Made by a program: the position numbers and the translations under genes. A stretch of 64,000 nucleotides of DNA from Chrysomallon squamiferum (taxonomy: Eukaryota > Animalia > Mollusca), in NCBI GenBank assembly GCA_012295275.1, contig CM022667.1, positions 1,240,001 to 1,304,000 of the forward strand. Direction: 5' to 3'. Shown here piece by piece: positions 36,106 to 50,599 of the stretch; position 1 is the stretch's first letter; each line of letters begins with the position of its first letter. The notes beneath the pieces were generated by a model, which was not told the DNA's origin, ran no database searches, and saw only the letters and a list, made by a program, of their open reading frames with translations.

Positions 36106-36854
36106 TTCTATCTGTCAGTTCATGATTCTTTTTTTCATTTTTCATTTTTTATCTTTTTCTTTTCTAAACAGTGGAATATATATCTTAACTGCAGACATTA
36201 ATGAATTTAATTACAGAAAAAAACTCCACGATTATTTATTTGTCTAGCTTGCATTGTAAAAAAACAAACAAAAAAAACAAGCATATCATTTACACTTAAT
36301 AATTAATTAAAATGTAAAAGTACACACAGAGTTTGCTCAGTTTTATTTTTTTAATTATTTGTTTTTAATATTACTTGGACCTTACTTGATATATAATATT
36401 ATTTGTTCAATGCCTGACGTAATACTATCTTGAACCTTATCTGATGCAATATTATTATTTGAACATTATGTAATATAAATTTGTGACAGTCCATTTTCAC
36501 CTCAGTTTTGGCAACAAGTTCGGCAAGTCTATATTTCTCTCCTACATCAGTGAATATTTGCAAAATACTTCACAGGTTGATAATTGTCAGGCAAGCTAGT
36601 CAAGGTCACATACCTCATGTCACATAGGACAAAAAGAGGTTTGTTTTCGCGCATGACTGGATTTACCCCTACAGTGGGTGGAGACAACTGTTACGGGTCA
36701 TTGGTTGCAGAAAAAGGATACGGGATTACGATACCAGAAAATACAGTGTTTTGTCTCGCCTGATTGTGACGTGCATACTCGGAGAAACTGTTCTTCTCAG
36801 CCATACAGGTAACAAACAGTGTGAAAAAACTGTTGAAAGAACTGTTTGAACAGT

Positions 36855-36895
<41 letters not shown>

Positions 36896-36992
36896 TGTAC
36901 ATATACTTATTTATACATTTACACACAAAGACACAGACAGACATATACATATACTTATATACATACACACACAGACATGTACATATATATAT

Positions 36993-37027
<35 letters not shown>

Positions 37028-37044
37028 TATACTTATATATACAT

Positions 37045-37094
<50 letters not shown>

Positions 37095-37095
37095 T
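36855..37095. repeat. Compound (CA)n microsatellite with duplicated spacers
   Basis: Three long CA runs separated by repeated AGACAT(G/A)TAC..ATATAC units. Confidence 0.9.
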
Positions 37096-37484
37096 TCAAG
37101 TAGAGAAGATGGACTGATTTATTTATTTATTTATTTATTTATTAGTTTACATTTCATGTAAAATACACATAGCTGTGATAAAATGCACAGCCAAAGTGAC
37201 AGTAATCAAACTCATTTCTTTTAAAACCCACCAAACTATATTGTTCCAAACAATATTGTTGACAGTAAAATGAAGCTTACTCATTTTGCTTTTGGTGAAT
37301 GAAAGTGTATCATTTTGAATAGCATCAAGTAGTATCTGAAAGTATCTCATTCTTTCTATCTCTTGCTTTCTCTTTCTCTCTATCACTTACTTTCACTTTG
37401 TCTACAAAAACATACACTTGTACTCTTTTCTGTTTATATTTCTGGTAATAACAATAAAGGAAATAATACAAATAGTCATAGTTT

Positions 37485-37860
37485 GCAGTAATAGTAGTAG
37501 TAATAGTTGTTAGTAATATTGCTCTAATAGTACAGAGAAGTTGTAATGATGGTAGTAATAGTTAAAGTAATTATAATAGTAATAGTAGTGATAATACTAA
37601 TACTAGTAATTGTTATGGTAATAATGGTAGTAGTAGTAGAAGTAGTAGCAGTAGTAATAGTAATAGTGAAAGGAACAATTTTTATAGTAGTAATAGTAAT
37701 TGTAGTATTAATAGTTGTGGTAGCAGTAGTGGTAGTAATAGTAGCTATTATAGTAATAATAACAGTAATTATAGTAGTTGTATTAATAGTAGTGGTGACT
37801 GTAGTAGTAGTACTAGTAATAGTAGAGCAGTAGTAGTAGTAGTAGTAATGCTAGCAGTAG
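37485..37860. repeat. Degenerate (AGT/AAT)n tract
   Basis: Visible trinucleotide repeats; source of the poly-V/I pseudo-ORF. Confidence 0.85.
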
Positions 37861-38209
37861 CCTTGGGCCAGTCTGAAAAAAGATACTCTATCATAGCTGA
37901 AATCCTTTGGCTTTGTGTTCATTGTTTACACTGTAACAGAGGTCACAATCTGACCTGTTTGGTGAACTTGTCACCAGGTCCAATCTCACCTGGTGACATC
38001 ATAATAATACCTGAATCTTCCTAAATATAACAATAATACTGTATCTCACCTCATGATTTAACAATATTATTTCAACCTTACCTGTTGATGTAAGAATATT
38101 ATATATATATATATATAATGGTGTTGATATAATACTGTTACTTAAATCAATCCTTATTGATATAATAATATTATTTGAGCTTTACTTGATATAATATTAT
38201 TATTACTTG

Positions 38210-38560
38210 ATGAAATAAATTATGATCTGAACCTTACTTGAACATTATCTTTTGATACAAAAACATTATTTGGTCAGTACTTAATATAATTGTATGTGAA
38301 CTTCACTTGATGATATACTAATATTACCCAAACCTAACTTGATGATATAATAATAATACTCAAACCTAGCTTGATAATATAATAATATTACTCAAACTTT
38401 ACTTGATGATATAATAATATTACCCAAAACTAACTTGATGATATAATAATATTACTCAAACCTAGCTTGATAATATAATAATATTACTCAAACCTAACTT
38501 GATGATATTTAATATAACTCAAACCTTACTTGACAATACAGTGATATTATCTTGGACATT
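38210..38560. repeat. ~32-bp minisatellite
   Basis: Recurring ACTTGATGATATAATAATATTACTCAAACCTA. Confidence 0.88.
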
Positions 38561-39071
38561 CCTCAATTATATAATTCCACACTTATCTAAGTTGCTCATT
38601 CATAATGATAACTGGACCACCTGTGATGATAAAATTACATCATCAGGACCTCATTTGATGATGAAATAATACTGTGTCTTCATTTGATAATATGATATCA
38701 ATAAGACCATAGTTGATTATATAAAATTACTTTAAATCTCACTTGATAATGTATGTAATACAATCGTTATATCACATGGTAATGAACATTATATCACCAG
38801 GTACTCATTTGTTTACACAGTAACATCACATGGCTGTCACATGATGTAATACTATTAGTTAGTACTCATATGATAATTACTAATTGCTTATATCTTCTTT
38901 TTAACATTTAAAAGAAAGAAAAAATTTGAAATTTAAATTTATTATTATTATCATTTTTTAATATTTGTTTTTTTAACTTTTTTTTTCAATCATAAATGAA
39001 ATGAATCTTGGTGTGTCTGTTTACATTGTGATAATGTGCTGTATAAATCTGAACCATTGTGACAGCTATAT

Positions 39072-39114
<43 letters not shown>

Positions 39115-39479
39115 ACTTATGATGTATTTATTTATCTATTTATGTATGTCTGTATGAAAATTGTAACAGTTAAAAAAATAAATAAATAAAAAATTATAAT
39201 AATCATAATTTACCTATTAAATTCCATAGTTATGTAACCAGAATCATGTATATTTACACACAAAAAAACCCCAGCACAGATAGAAAATTAGGACAGCGGT
39301 CACTTTTACCAAGCCAACCAGCTGACTGCCTTTTTTTTCTTTCTTTCTTTTTTCTTTCTTACTACTATCTGACCCATACAGCCAGGTCATTTGGCCAGCA
39401 GTGACCTCCAGCTGATTGATGGGAAATCAACAACACTAGGTTGACCCCAGACACGACTTGACCCAAATAGGTGGCCAGT

Positions 39480-39800
39480 TTGTTGTCTTTCATTCACAGA
39501 AGCTGGCAACGATGCCGGTGGTGTAGCGTATAGTAGAGTATTGATTGAACGTGAGTTAGCCTGGCTGCGTCGTTCGTCTGTCTGATCTACAGCCAGCCCA
39601 GTCGAAACTGTTGCAGGTTTCCCCTGAAGGTTGGTAGTGTACGTACAGGCGTGCTACACTCTGCTGCACTCTCTCTCCCGCTAACCACAACGCATAGTAT
39701 GTACGGAGGTCAGCTCAGCAGAATAAGAACAGGCTGGCGTGGATAGATAGTCGGTAGAAACGACGCTGTCGTCATAGCGGTCTTTTCAACGGAAAGGTAT
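39480..39800 (+). promoter_or_regulatory. CpG-rich island, possible alternative promoter / non-coding first exon
   Basis: Locally high GC and CpG, ending at donor-like GAAAG|GTATTT (39797); all three frames contain a stop shortly before the donor. Confidence 0.35.
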
Positions 39801-40156
39801 TTATTGTTGCTTTACGAGTGAAAATGTTATTACTTGAGTTGGTGTTTTTTTTCTGTCAACTTGAGTCGCATGCTGGTTTTGTTTTTCTTTGTTTACATTT
39901 GATTTGTTTGATTTTTAAATTAAAAAAAAAAGAATGTAAACTTGTAGTTTAAAATATAAATAAAATATGTGTCGGGAATACTCCTTACATCAGCATTTAA
40001 AATAACTTAGTCATAAGTGTGTGTTATTGATGTTGTGTGTATCTGGTGTTTAATTAAATGGTAAATATTTAAATATATATATATATATATACGTATATAT
40101 AATCACCAATACCTTACTAGCTTATGTGTGGTTGTTTATAATATTCTGTTTATTTT

Positions 40157-40206
<50 letters not shown>

Positions 40207-40336
40207 TGGTGTGTGTATGGATGTTTTTTAAATTTCATTTTAGTGTATATTTGTATACGTACAGACATACACACTAACACACATTTACACATATATTTAC
40301 ATATACCTACATATCCATAAACATGTATACAGACAT

Positions 40337-40381
<45 letters not shown>

Positions 40382-41345
40382 TACATGTTCAACACACACA
40401 GACATAGACATAGACAAGCACATACAGACACACACATGTTGTTCTGTCTGTGTGTCTGTGAGAGTGTTGATGGTGACAACAGACGGTTGTTGTGTCTGAC
40501 AGAGAGAATTGTTACATGACTGGAATTGATTAATCATTCAAATCCAGCATGTGCTTCAAGATGTCTCCAGCATTCATAACAACACTGCCCTGTTAACTTC
40601 GTGTTTTGGGGGCTAAGGCAGAGGTTTTCTGGGTCAGGTAGCAGTTGTTACTTTGTTGAGAGGGGGAGGGGGAAGGGGGTGAGTCTGTTGAAAGTATTAC
40701 TTCTTTCTGCCTTGTCTTCAGGCCCCTACACCATAAATCTTTGAGTCAAGTTTCAGATTGCGTTCAGGTCTGGGTTTAGGTCTGCCTGTATAATCTGACT
40801 TCACACTCGCTAATACTTGAGAGATAAGGAGTTACAAGAGGGCTTAATCTTTCAGTTTTAAATTAAATTTTATTTTGAATTTGTTTATAAGTATACTATT
40901 TCAGTATTTGCTGAATTAATCTTTCTTATAATATTTCATTCAGTGTCTTGAATATTTATGTTATATTAAATTTTTTTTATTTTTTTTATTATTTTGTGTC
41001 TCAGTTTTATTTAGAATGTGTTTATCTGTGTACTTGATACAGAATTTAAATATTTTTTTGAATACTTTACTTATAAAGATTTTCAGTTTCTTTAATTTTG
41101 TTTTTCTGTCTTTAGAATTAATTACTATCAGCTGTATTACTTTTTATATAAGTTTATATTATATACTGTCAAAAATTATTTTAAATGTGAGCTTTTGAGT
41201 ATATTAAATGTATCCTAGCTTAAATAGTATTATCAGATAAACATGTGTTTGTGTTATGGCATGTCTTCAAAAATAAAATTTATAATTTACTTGTGACTGT
41301 GATTTTGATCCAAACACTTGATCTCTCTCTCTCTCTCTCTTTCTC

Positions 41346-41412
<67 letters not shown>

Positions 41413-41909
41413 TTTTTTTTGTCTCTATGTCTCTGTATACATCTTTCTGTCAGACATAACACACACACACACACACGCAGAAAAATATGACATACACACG
41501 CACCAGAGCAGAAACAAGACTATATCACTGTTGTAGTGTATGTACAATGGGAGGATTTCCTTCACGTAATTACACGGACACGGATGGACACAGATCGAGC
41601 CAGAAAAGGGTTTTTAAGCAAATTATATAAGATAAGAATTCAAGTAAATTGAGACACAGGAAATGTTTTAGTGGTAATATCTCGGCTCACCATCTGTGCA
41701 GTTTACACACACTGTTGTCATACAAGTGTGTGCTGAGTGTTTTTAGTTCACAGCAGTCCGGTGAGTAGTTTAGATCTATTAGAGCTGGTAAATAAAATAC
41801 TGTATTGTATTGTATGTAGGCAGTAAGTGTAACTGTGGGTAAATATTTCTCTTTGTAGAACATGTTATACAGCTGTTGTTGTTGTTGTTGTTGTTTGTTG
41901 TATGAGTTT

Positions 41910-42360
41910 TTTTAGTAGTAGTAGTAGTATTTGTGGTAATAATTAATTTCATTAGTAGTAGTAGTAGTAGTGAGGGTAGTATCAGTGGAAGTAAACATTA
42001 TAGTACTGGCAGTAATAGTTGTTCTGTTAATACTGGTCATAGTAACAGTAGTAAGAATTATTGTAGTAGTAATGGTGGTGGTGGTAGGAATGGTAGTAAC
42101 TGGAGTAGTAGTACTTGTTACAGTAATGCTACCAGTGCAAACAGTAATAGCCATAACAGTAGTAGTAGTAGTAGTAGCAATAGTTGTAAGAACAGTAATA
42201 GTGAATAGTAGTTATAAAAGAGATAGTAGCAGAAGTGGTTATAGTTTAAATATAATAATACTAGTATTAACAATAATATAGTAAAAGAGCTAGTAAAAGT
42301 ACAGTACTATTATTGACAGTAGTATAGTAGTAGTAATAGTAGTAGTAATAGTAGAACTAG
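41910..42360. repeat. Degenerate (AGT)n tract
   Basis: Visible trinucleotide repeats. Confidence 0.85.
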
Positions 42361-43244
42361 TAAGAAAAGATACAGTATCAACATTTTGCTATATAACATT
42401 TGAGGCAATAGAATTATTCAGTTCATATTAGTCTTTTGTTTGAACCTTATCTTTGTATCATGATTGACTACATTTGTATTAGTTATTCTAGTTTGTGTTT
42501 GTGTGTTAATGAATACACTGTTAATGGTTATGTATGTATGTTTGTTTAACTGTGAAGTTTTATATGTTTATTTGAGTGCCTGTGAATGTGTGTGTAGATA
42601 TATGTGTATGATTATATTTTATAATTATCTTTTAATAAAAAATAAAGCCCAAAATAAGCATTATAAAATAAATTTGTGGTCTATTTTTTTACCAAGGGAA
42701 TAAAAAAAATAAATAAATAAACTCAGTAAAATTTAACACTTTAAAAAAAATGATAATAAATATTATTAAACAGTGCAAGTTGTGATATTTTTAATACCGC
42801 AGCAATATTTATAAATCTTAACACTTCAAAGTGCTCCACCTTAGTGACATGTTTATTCCGATGCACCCACATTACCATTCACCCACTGTCACCCTTCCAG
42901 TGACTGTTACCATTGGTGCAGTTGTTTGACAAACGTTCTATGTGTGTGGCAATTACAGCTAATTGGATGTAATGCTTATTGAGACCTGAACACTTTGATC
43001 TTGTTTTAACACATGTTTTTACTTCGAGAAATGCTGGTACATAAAATATGGAATCGATCACCTGTGTACTATCATAACCCCTACTGGTCAGGAGCACATG
43101 ATTATTTCAAATTGTTTACATTGTCATAGCAACATATGGTAGATGTCTGTGTGTGTGTGTGTGTGCGTGCATGCGTGCGTGTTTGTTTGTGGTGTGTCTT
43201 TGCATTTGTATATTTTTCTTATTATTCACGTATTTTTAAACTTT

Positions 43245-43275
<31 letters not shown>

Positions 43276-43407
43276 AAATATTGATATCTTTCTGTTGTCA
43301 TTAATCGTTCATTTTGCATATGCTAAAATTGATTTTAGGTTAAGTTATAAAAAAAAAAAAAAAAAAAAAAAAAGTATTAATTCTCATATATCAGAAAATT
43401 CAGAGAT

Positions 43408-43454
<47 letters not shown>

Positions 43455-43569
43455 AGAAATTATTACACAGACCAGCCCAACAATAGTAATAAAATTAATA
43501 TATTGCATAAGTAACTATGAAAATATTTTTCTAAAGAACTATATATAAATCTGTTGCCATTGATTTAAA

Positions 43570-43880
43570 ATAACAACAAAAGCAACAGCAGCAGCAGTTC
43601 TAGTAGTAATAAAAGCTGAAGTAGTAGTAGTAGTAATAATAATAATAATGATAGTAGTAGTAGTAATAATAATAATGATAGTAGTAGTAATAATAATATT
43701 AGTGGTAGCAGTAATATTAATAATAGTAGTTGTAGTAATAGTAATGAAAATGGTAGTAAAGATAATCATAATACTTGTAGTAATAATAGTTATAGTAGTA
43801 ATAATGTTAATAGTAACATAGTAGTAATGTACTTATGATAGTAGTAGTAGTAGTAGTAATAAAAATAGCAGTAGTAATGG
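43570..43880. repeat. Degenerate (AGT/AAT)n tract
   Basis: Visible trinucleotide repeats. Confidence 0.85.
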
Positions 43881-44028
43881 ACAAACAAATTATCAAGAAT
43901 GGGATATTCAGATTTTTTTAATTTATGTATCAAGCAACTCTCAAAATTTACATTATTCTTAAGATATTATAACTACTAATATAGTAAATAAATAACAAAG
44001 ATTTGTTTATCCTATGAAAGAATTGTTT

Positions 44029-44064
<36 letters not shown>

Positions 44065-44183
44065 ATATACGTGTTATATAAACACCCCAAAATGTATCTT
44101 TTTAAAAAAAAAAAGTAGATTTCTTTTTTTTTTTTTTTTTGATTTATTTATTCTTTGCATCTTTCTTAGAATATTTTTCATAC

Positions 44184-44501
44184 TTGATGAATAGTTTTGC
44201 CATGAGTTGCGAGTGCAGGAATTCCTTGGCTTACGACACATACGCATACACAAACAGCAAGGGCTTCCCCCGGTCGGTCGGTGTTTTTCTCGTGGATTTG
44301 ATAAAGCACTGAGGAATGTTTTCTGTGCTGGTTTTCTATGTGATTCATACATCCTGGCACTTCCAGCAGTGCTATACCTCCAGGTAAAAACGTCTGTGCC
44401 AAAGATAGCTAACCCACCACCACCACCACCTCCACCACCACCACACCACTACCACCACCACTACTATCATCAGCCACGGTATTTCCTTCAGTCTGATTCA
44501 T
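44184..44501 (-). other. Possible first coding exon (Gly-rich N-terminus) interrupted by a 1-nt deletion
   Basis: GCGATG at 44501 gives MNQTEGNTVADDSSGGGSG; the GGT run lacks one base at 44443-44444; restoring it opens the frame to donor CAA|GTATG at 44183; upstream is a CpG-rich island. Confidence 0.3.
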
Positions 44502-45304
44502 CGCCTTCAGATGCAAGAAGGAAGTACTAGACTCGTTTACGTTTGCACTGGTTCCGCCCAGTCTACGCATCAGCCATCTCGGCAAGCGATCATAGTGGTT
44601 TGCTAAAAATAGATTACAAATCGGTGCTGCTCATGAGTAAGCACATGGCTGTACAGTGTATTTGTGGCAGGCCAAAAATGGAATGTCCACCCTATTTACC
44701 AGAGTCGGTGGTTTTCTTTATTTCTGTCTCCGCCGCCACGCTGATGATAGTCTGACTGTTGTGTCCACGGCAACACACACAGACAGACAGACACACACAC
44801 ACGGGCTCCCGAGCAACCTGTTGGAAGGAGGCAGAGAGAGAGAGAGAGGCAGACGTGTACACACACATACACACATACACACATACACACGTACGGAGTC
44901 TCCATGTCACCACTGTAATAAGGTATGGCATATATTTCTTTTATACGCTAGCGTTTGTTTGTGTGTGTGTGTGTGTGTGTTGTGTGTCTATCTCTCAGTC
45001 TTTTATTGTTGTTAACACTCAACAGGTTTTGTCACTTTTTTTTTTTTTTTTTTTTTCTTCTTTTTTTTCTTCTTATCCACTGTGACAGTATGAGAGAGAG
45101 GTTTCTAAGGTCATTTGTGACCTGGTGTGTACGTCAGTCTCGCCGGCTGCTGCTGTTGTTGTTGTTGTTGTTGTTATAGTAGATGCTTCTAGATACTACA
45201 GGAAAAATGTTAATTAGCAGTTTAAGTCAACAGAAAGGACAATGTTGCATTCTGATACGCATGAAAACAGCCGTGAGTTGTTCTTTCTTTTTTCCTTTTT
45301 TTTT

Positions 45305-45660
45305 CAGACTGTGGTATTTGTTTTTACAAATTATAGTTGTAATTTAAATAGTAGTTTTATATATTGTTATTATTGTTGTAGTTAAAAAATTGTGGTTTTT
45401 CACAGATTATTATAGTAGTTAAAAATGGCGGTATTTTTACAAATTGTGATATAGGTATAGTTAAAAGTAGTTAAAATTATGATTAGTTAGAAACTGGTAA
45501 ATTATGATTGTGATTAAAAACAGCAATGTTTTTAGACATTGTAATTATAGTTGAAAATAGTGGTATTTGTACAAATTGCAAGTGTAGTGAAAAACAGCAG
45601 TATTTTTACAAATTATAACTGTTGTTAAAAACAGTGGTATTCTTAAAAATAACGATTACA
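45305..45660. repeat. Degenerate ~40-bp minisatellite
   Basis: Recurring AAAA(C/T)AGTGGTATTTTTACAAATT.T..TT.TAGTT. Confidence 0.7.
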
Positions 45661-45871
45661 ATCTTAGTTGTTATATTCATCAGTATTAAATAACTAAGTA
45701 TTCAGCACTTTATACATGTAAACATTATATATATATATATATATACACACACACATATATATCTTGTAAGTAAATTTCTTACAGTAACAACCTTTGAATG
45801 TCCATACACTAATCTGTGTCCATGTAACATAGTTGTTGTTTATTTAATAGAATCTACATAATTCTGGTTAC

Positions 45872-45903
<32 letters not shown>

Positions 45904-46842
45904 CATTATTATTATTATTATCATTATTATTATTATTATTATTATTATATTTTCTGTTCTTTATTTTCTTTTTGTTGTTGTTGTTTTTCTTTCTTGTCTT
46001 TTTTCCTTTGATTTTTTTTTTCTTTCTTTTTTTTTTTTTTTTTTTAATTTTTAAATTTTAATTTTTTTTTTTTTTTTTTTATCTTAACAAACAAGTATTT
46101 TACATATATAACCTTTCAGTAACAGTGTTTGATTGATTTTATCACTGCAGCACATTTCGTATTCATTTCTGGTGCAAAGTTTACCCTAAGCTTACATCTC
46201 TGATGATGACCTTAAAATTTAGTGACCTACTTTCAACTGCATATAGGTTAGTTGCTTTGTCATGTAATCTTTCTAGTTTTACACAAGGAGGAAAAAAGTG
46301 CAGATTCATGAGGAAGTGCATGTTTTTGTTTATACACTATTCTTTGTTAATCAGTTAACATTTTTATGCATGAATGATCTAATACAATATTGCACATTGT
46401 ATATTAAAGAGTTTGTAGATGTGAGAAAAGGTGATTGTAAAGGCAAATTTGTTCAGAAATCTCTTTGTTATATATTTGTAGTTTGTATCAAAAATAATTG
46501 AAATACTTAATTAAATTTTTATTTTATAAATAAGTAAATAGGTTTTTTTTAATGGCTGGTCCTCTTTCTTTGTTTCATTTGAAATGTTAATGGTTTCTTA
46601 TTCGCACTATAGAACGTACAACCTGTTGTTGTGGTAAAATGAACCAACCAGTCTCTCTTGTTGTATCTGAGTCACTGTAAAAATTATGTTATGCTGAGTA
46701 ACTTGAAACATATTCATTTTAACAGAAATGAGAAAAATATTGTTCCGTTCACTTAATACAAATATACACTCATGTTCACATTTGATGTGAAACTTCAAAA
46801 AATAATTATGTTTAGTCACTACAAGTTCAGTATTTATTTTAA

Positions 46843-46896
<54 letters not shown>

Positions 46897-46908
46897 TAAT
46901 TATTTAAT

Positions 46909-46947
<39 letters not shown>

Positions 46948-47677
46948 TTATTATTATATTTAATAATGCACTACATTTAGATTTTAACTGAAAACTTTAG
47001 AAAATATGTTTGTTCAGCAGTTAAAATATATACTCTCTCTCACATCCATTGTTACTTTAAATATATTCTTTAACAAAACTTTCCACCCCAGTAATTTTTA
47101 ATGCATATTTTTAAAATACATTTACATTCAGTTACTGCACATTTTAATTTAAAATTTGAAAAAGAAAAAAAGTTATGATTATGTGCGGTACACACACCCA
47201 TGTATTTTTATTTTTGTCTGAAGAATTAAATATGCAGATTCCTACTAGAGAGATATTTTTAACTGAAAGTTTAAAAATACAATTTATTCATTCACTGTAG
47301 AATACTATCTTATCACATTCTAAATTAATAATTTTTAAAAAAAAGCAACAGCATGTTACATTCATTTCATTTCTGTTGTGGGAATTAAATATTCAATATC
47401 TCACTCCCATATTTGTTTCTAATTGAAATTTTGAATGATGCAATTATCTTCAGTTAATGCAGATATCCATCTGGTATAAATTTTAATTTAAAATTTGAAA
47501 TTTCAAAAAAAAAAAGAAGAAAAAAAAAAAAAAAAAAAAAAAAAAAAACAAGGGTTTGTCATATATAACCACCCACTTTATTTGACCCACCCTGTATTTA
47601 TTTTTAATTGAAATTACAAAAACTACAATTGTTGTCAGTTTGTGCAGATATTCACCTCATCCTCAAATTTAAAATTT

Positions 47678-47715
<38 letters not shown>

Positions 47716-49334
47716 CTATTATGTTCATTTTATTTCTGCAGTTTTCCCACACCATCTTTTTTATTATTTTTTTTTTTTAATTGAAAACTTTGTGAAATAC
47801 AATGGGATTCCATGACAACTTGCAGTGGGACGTCATCTGTTATTTCATCTTCGCCGAGTGGCAATTCTCGATTTGTTGTTTGGGTGGATACCACACGGTT
47901 ATTTAACTCGGGAGAATTTTGATTCACAGGCACACAACTGTGAATTATTTGTGGTCTTATCTCCGTGTTGAAGATAACAAGGAAAGTACGAGGATACTCT
48001 GAACCTGCTTTTTGAAAAGAAATTTAAACTTTTTGAAAGACGTTTGTACTTACGGTGATGATACCATGTAATAAATATTTTTTTTTTTTTTTTTTTCTTT
48101 TGTCAATTCTTTTTCTTTATTAATGGATGTGTAATTTTTTTTTTTTTTCTGTCTTGTTTTGTATTGGTTAATTTTTTTTTTTTTTTATTTATTGGTGGAA
48201 ATAATATGAATATATACATACGTTTGTGTTTGTTTGTGTGTGTGTGTGTTGTATCAAAGAATGAACACATTAGTAATTTAATATTTCTGTGTAAGTGAGA
48301 ATGAGGTTTTGTATGAGTGTCATGCCCTGTGTTTGTACATGTGTCTGCTTGTATGCATGTGTGTTTGTGTGTAGGTATTTTGTATCAAAGACCAAAATAT
48401 TAATTTAATATTTTCATATTATTGTTTAACGTTTGTGTGAGCATATATATGTATATATGTGTGTATCTATTACGTATGTAAGTATATATTGAGTTTGCAA
48501 CTGTACATGTTTATACTCAATGTTTGTTTCTGTGTGAGTGAATAGAGAGAAAAAACAGGAAAAAGAAAGAGTGACAGACAGAAAGAAAGAAAAAGAATAT
48601 AGAAAAGCTTTTGTCAATGTATTTACGACTGTTTACGTCTGTTTACGTCTGTGTTACTCAATGTGTCCAAGGAAGTTACATTGATTATATAACCAGATAT
48701 ATTTTTACACACTGTATTTATGGTACACGAGCATTTATAAAATGGGTTTGTGGTATTTATAACATTTGTTGTTAAAAGTCAACAGTAAAACAAAAATAAA
48801 ACGAAAAATAAAAATCTTAGCTGCAACAATAAGTTGTCACCTGAACCATAAACAAAGGAGTAAATGTTGAATGTTAAAAAGGATATTAAAGTTATTAATT
48901 TTAATTTAGTATCTTTGTGTAGAAAAGTGACTGTTAAAATGAAAACTGAAGCTTTATATGTATTTTACTATGTCAGGAGGCCTTAGAAATAGCAACAGTT
49001 TTTTTAATGCTATTATTATAATTTTTTTAAAGTTTTTTTTTCATAATGTATTATTTTGTTTCATAGTAATCATGGATTAAGATATTATGGAGGAAAAAAA
49101 GAAGAAATGATTTCTAATTTTCTTTCAATTTTTAAAAATAATATTGTTTACATAATTATATAATAATAATAATAATAATAATAATTCAGTTGCAGTAATC
49201 AAATATTATGGGTACATTTAATGTTTAGTTTTGCTGTCACTTAGTTCAAAGACATTTATTATTGACTTATTTTAATATTAATTATAATTATCTAATTATT
49301 TATATTCAGCATTGTAAGCTGTGGCATTTGCATA

Positions 49335-49725
49335 ACTGTTGAAGTTTCAGAAAAGACATTTGTATAAAAAAAAGTTGTAGAAAAGATATTTGTACAAAAT
49401 TTTGAAGTTTTAGAAAAGATACCTGTACAAAAAATGGAAGTTGTAGAAAAGATATCTGTACAAGAAGCAGAAGTTGTAGAAATATATCTTACAAAAAATA
49501 GAAGTTGTAGAAGCAGATATCTGGACAAAAAGTTGAAGATGTAGAAAAGATATCTGTACAAAAATTAGAAGTTGTAGAAATATATCTTACAAAAAATGGA
49601 AGTTGTAGAAAAGATATCTGTACAAGAAGCAGAAGTTGTAGAAATATATCTAACAAAAAATAGAAGTTGTAGAAGTGATATCTGGACAAAAAGTTGAAGA
49701 TGTAGAAAAGATGTCTGTACAAAAC
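49335..49725. repeat. ~32-33-bp minisatellite with a 162-bp (5-unit) higher-order duplication
   Basis: Unit GAAGTTGTAGAAAAGATATCTGTACAAAAA; the block starting ATGGAAG at 49434 recurs almost exactly at 49596. Confidence 0.92.
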
Positions 49726-50599
49726 GTGGATTTTGTTGACAGAGCGTCTGGGACAAATGATCCAAGTATTGGTACAAGACAATACATTTTATAGACTACG
49801 TAACTCAGTTAAAAGACTAACTATTGACCAGGCAGACAGTAGATTTGTATACAGTGTATACCCACAGCAAGCCACAGACAATGCAAAGCTATAAATACTG
49901 TTTACACTATGTGACTACATTAAATGACTGTTTATTGACAACAGAACAGAGTAGACTTTGAGTAAAACAACAAACTATGTAGATGATATGTTATTAAAAG
50001 AAATTACTATATTTCAAGAAAGTAGATATGTAAAAAAAAAAAATACTGTAGAGAATATGTAACTATATAAAGACAACAGCAAAGAGTAGATTATATGTAG
50101 AACAGTAAATGTAGATAAAATGTTACTTAAAGAAACAAGTGTTAAAAACTAGGTGATATGTAAAAGTAGATTTTGTAGACAATATATAACTCAACTGAAT
50201 TATACAACTAAATAGTGATCACTAAAATAAATAAATAAATAAATAAACAGTCAACTCATTGCCTCACTGTGTGAAAAGACACAATAAATAATATCGTAGA
50301 CAATGCAACTGAACTGATCCGTATGGCTGGGCTACACTACAGATTTGTAAAACAAATACTGAATAATTTTGTAACTAAATATCCAAAATGAATGAAAACT
50401 GCTGCCGTCAGAGATAAAATATTTTTCACTGTAGACAGGATCTGCAAGCACAACAATGACATAAATCTTGCACTGTGCTGTGAACAAAAGTAGTAATGTG
50501 AGTACAGGGCTTTGACACAAAACAATAACTACTGAAGACCACATTGTAAGTAAATGATTTAAATACTTCACTAAAACATTAATTAAAGATCACCACATA

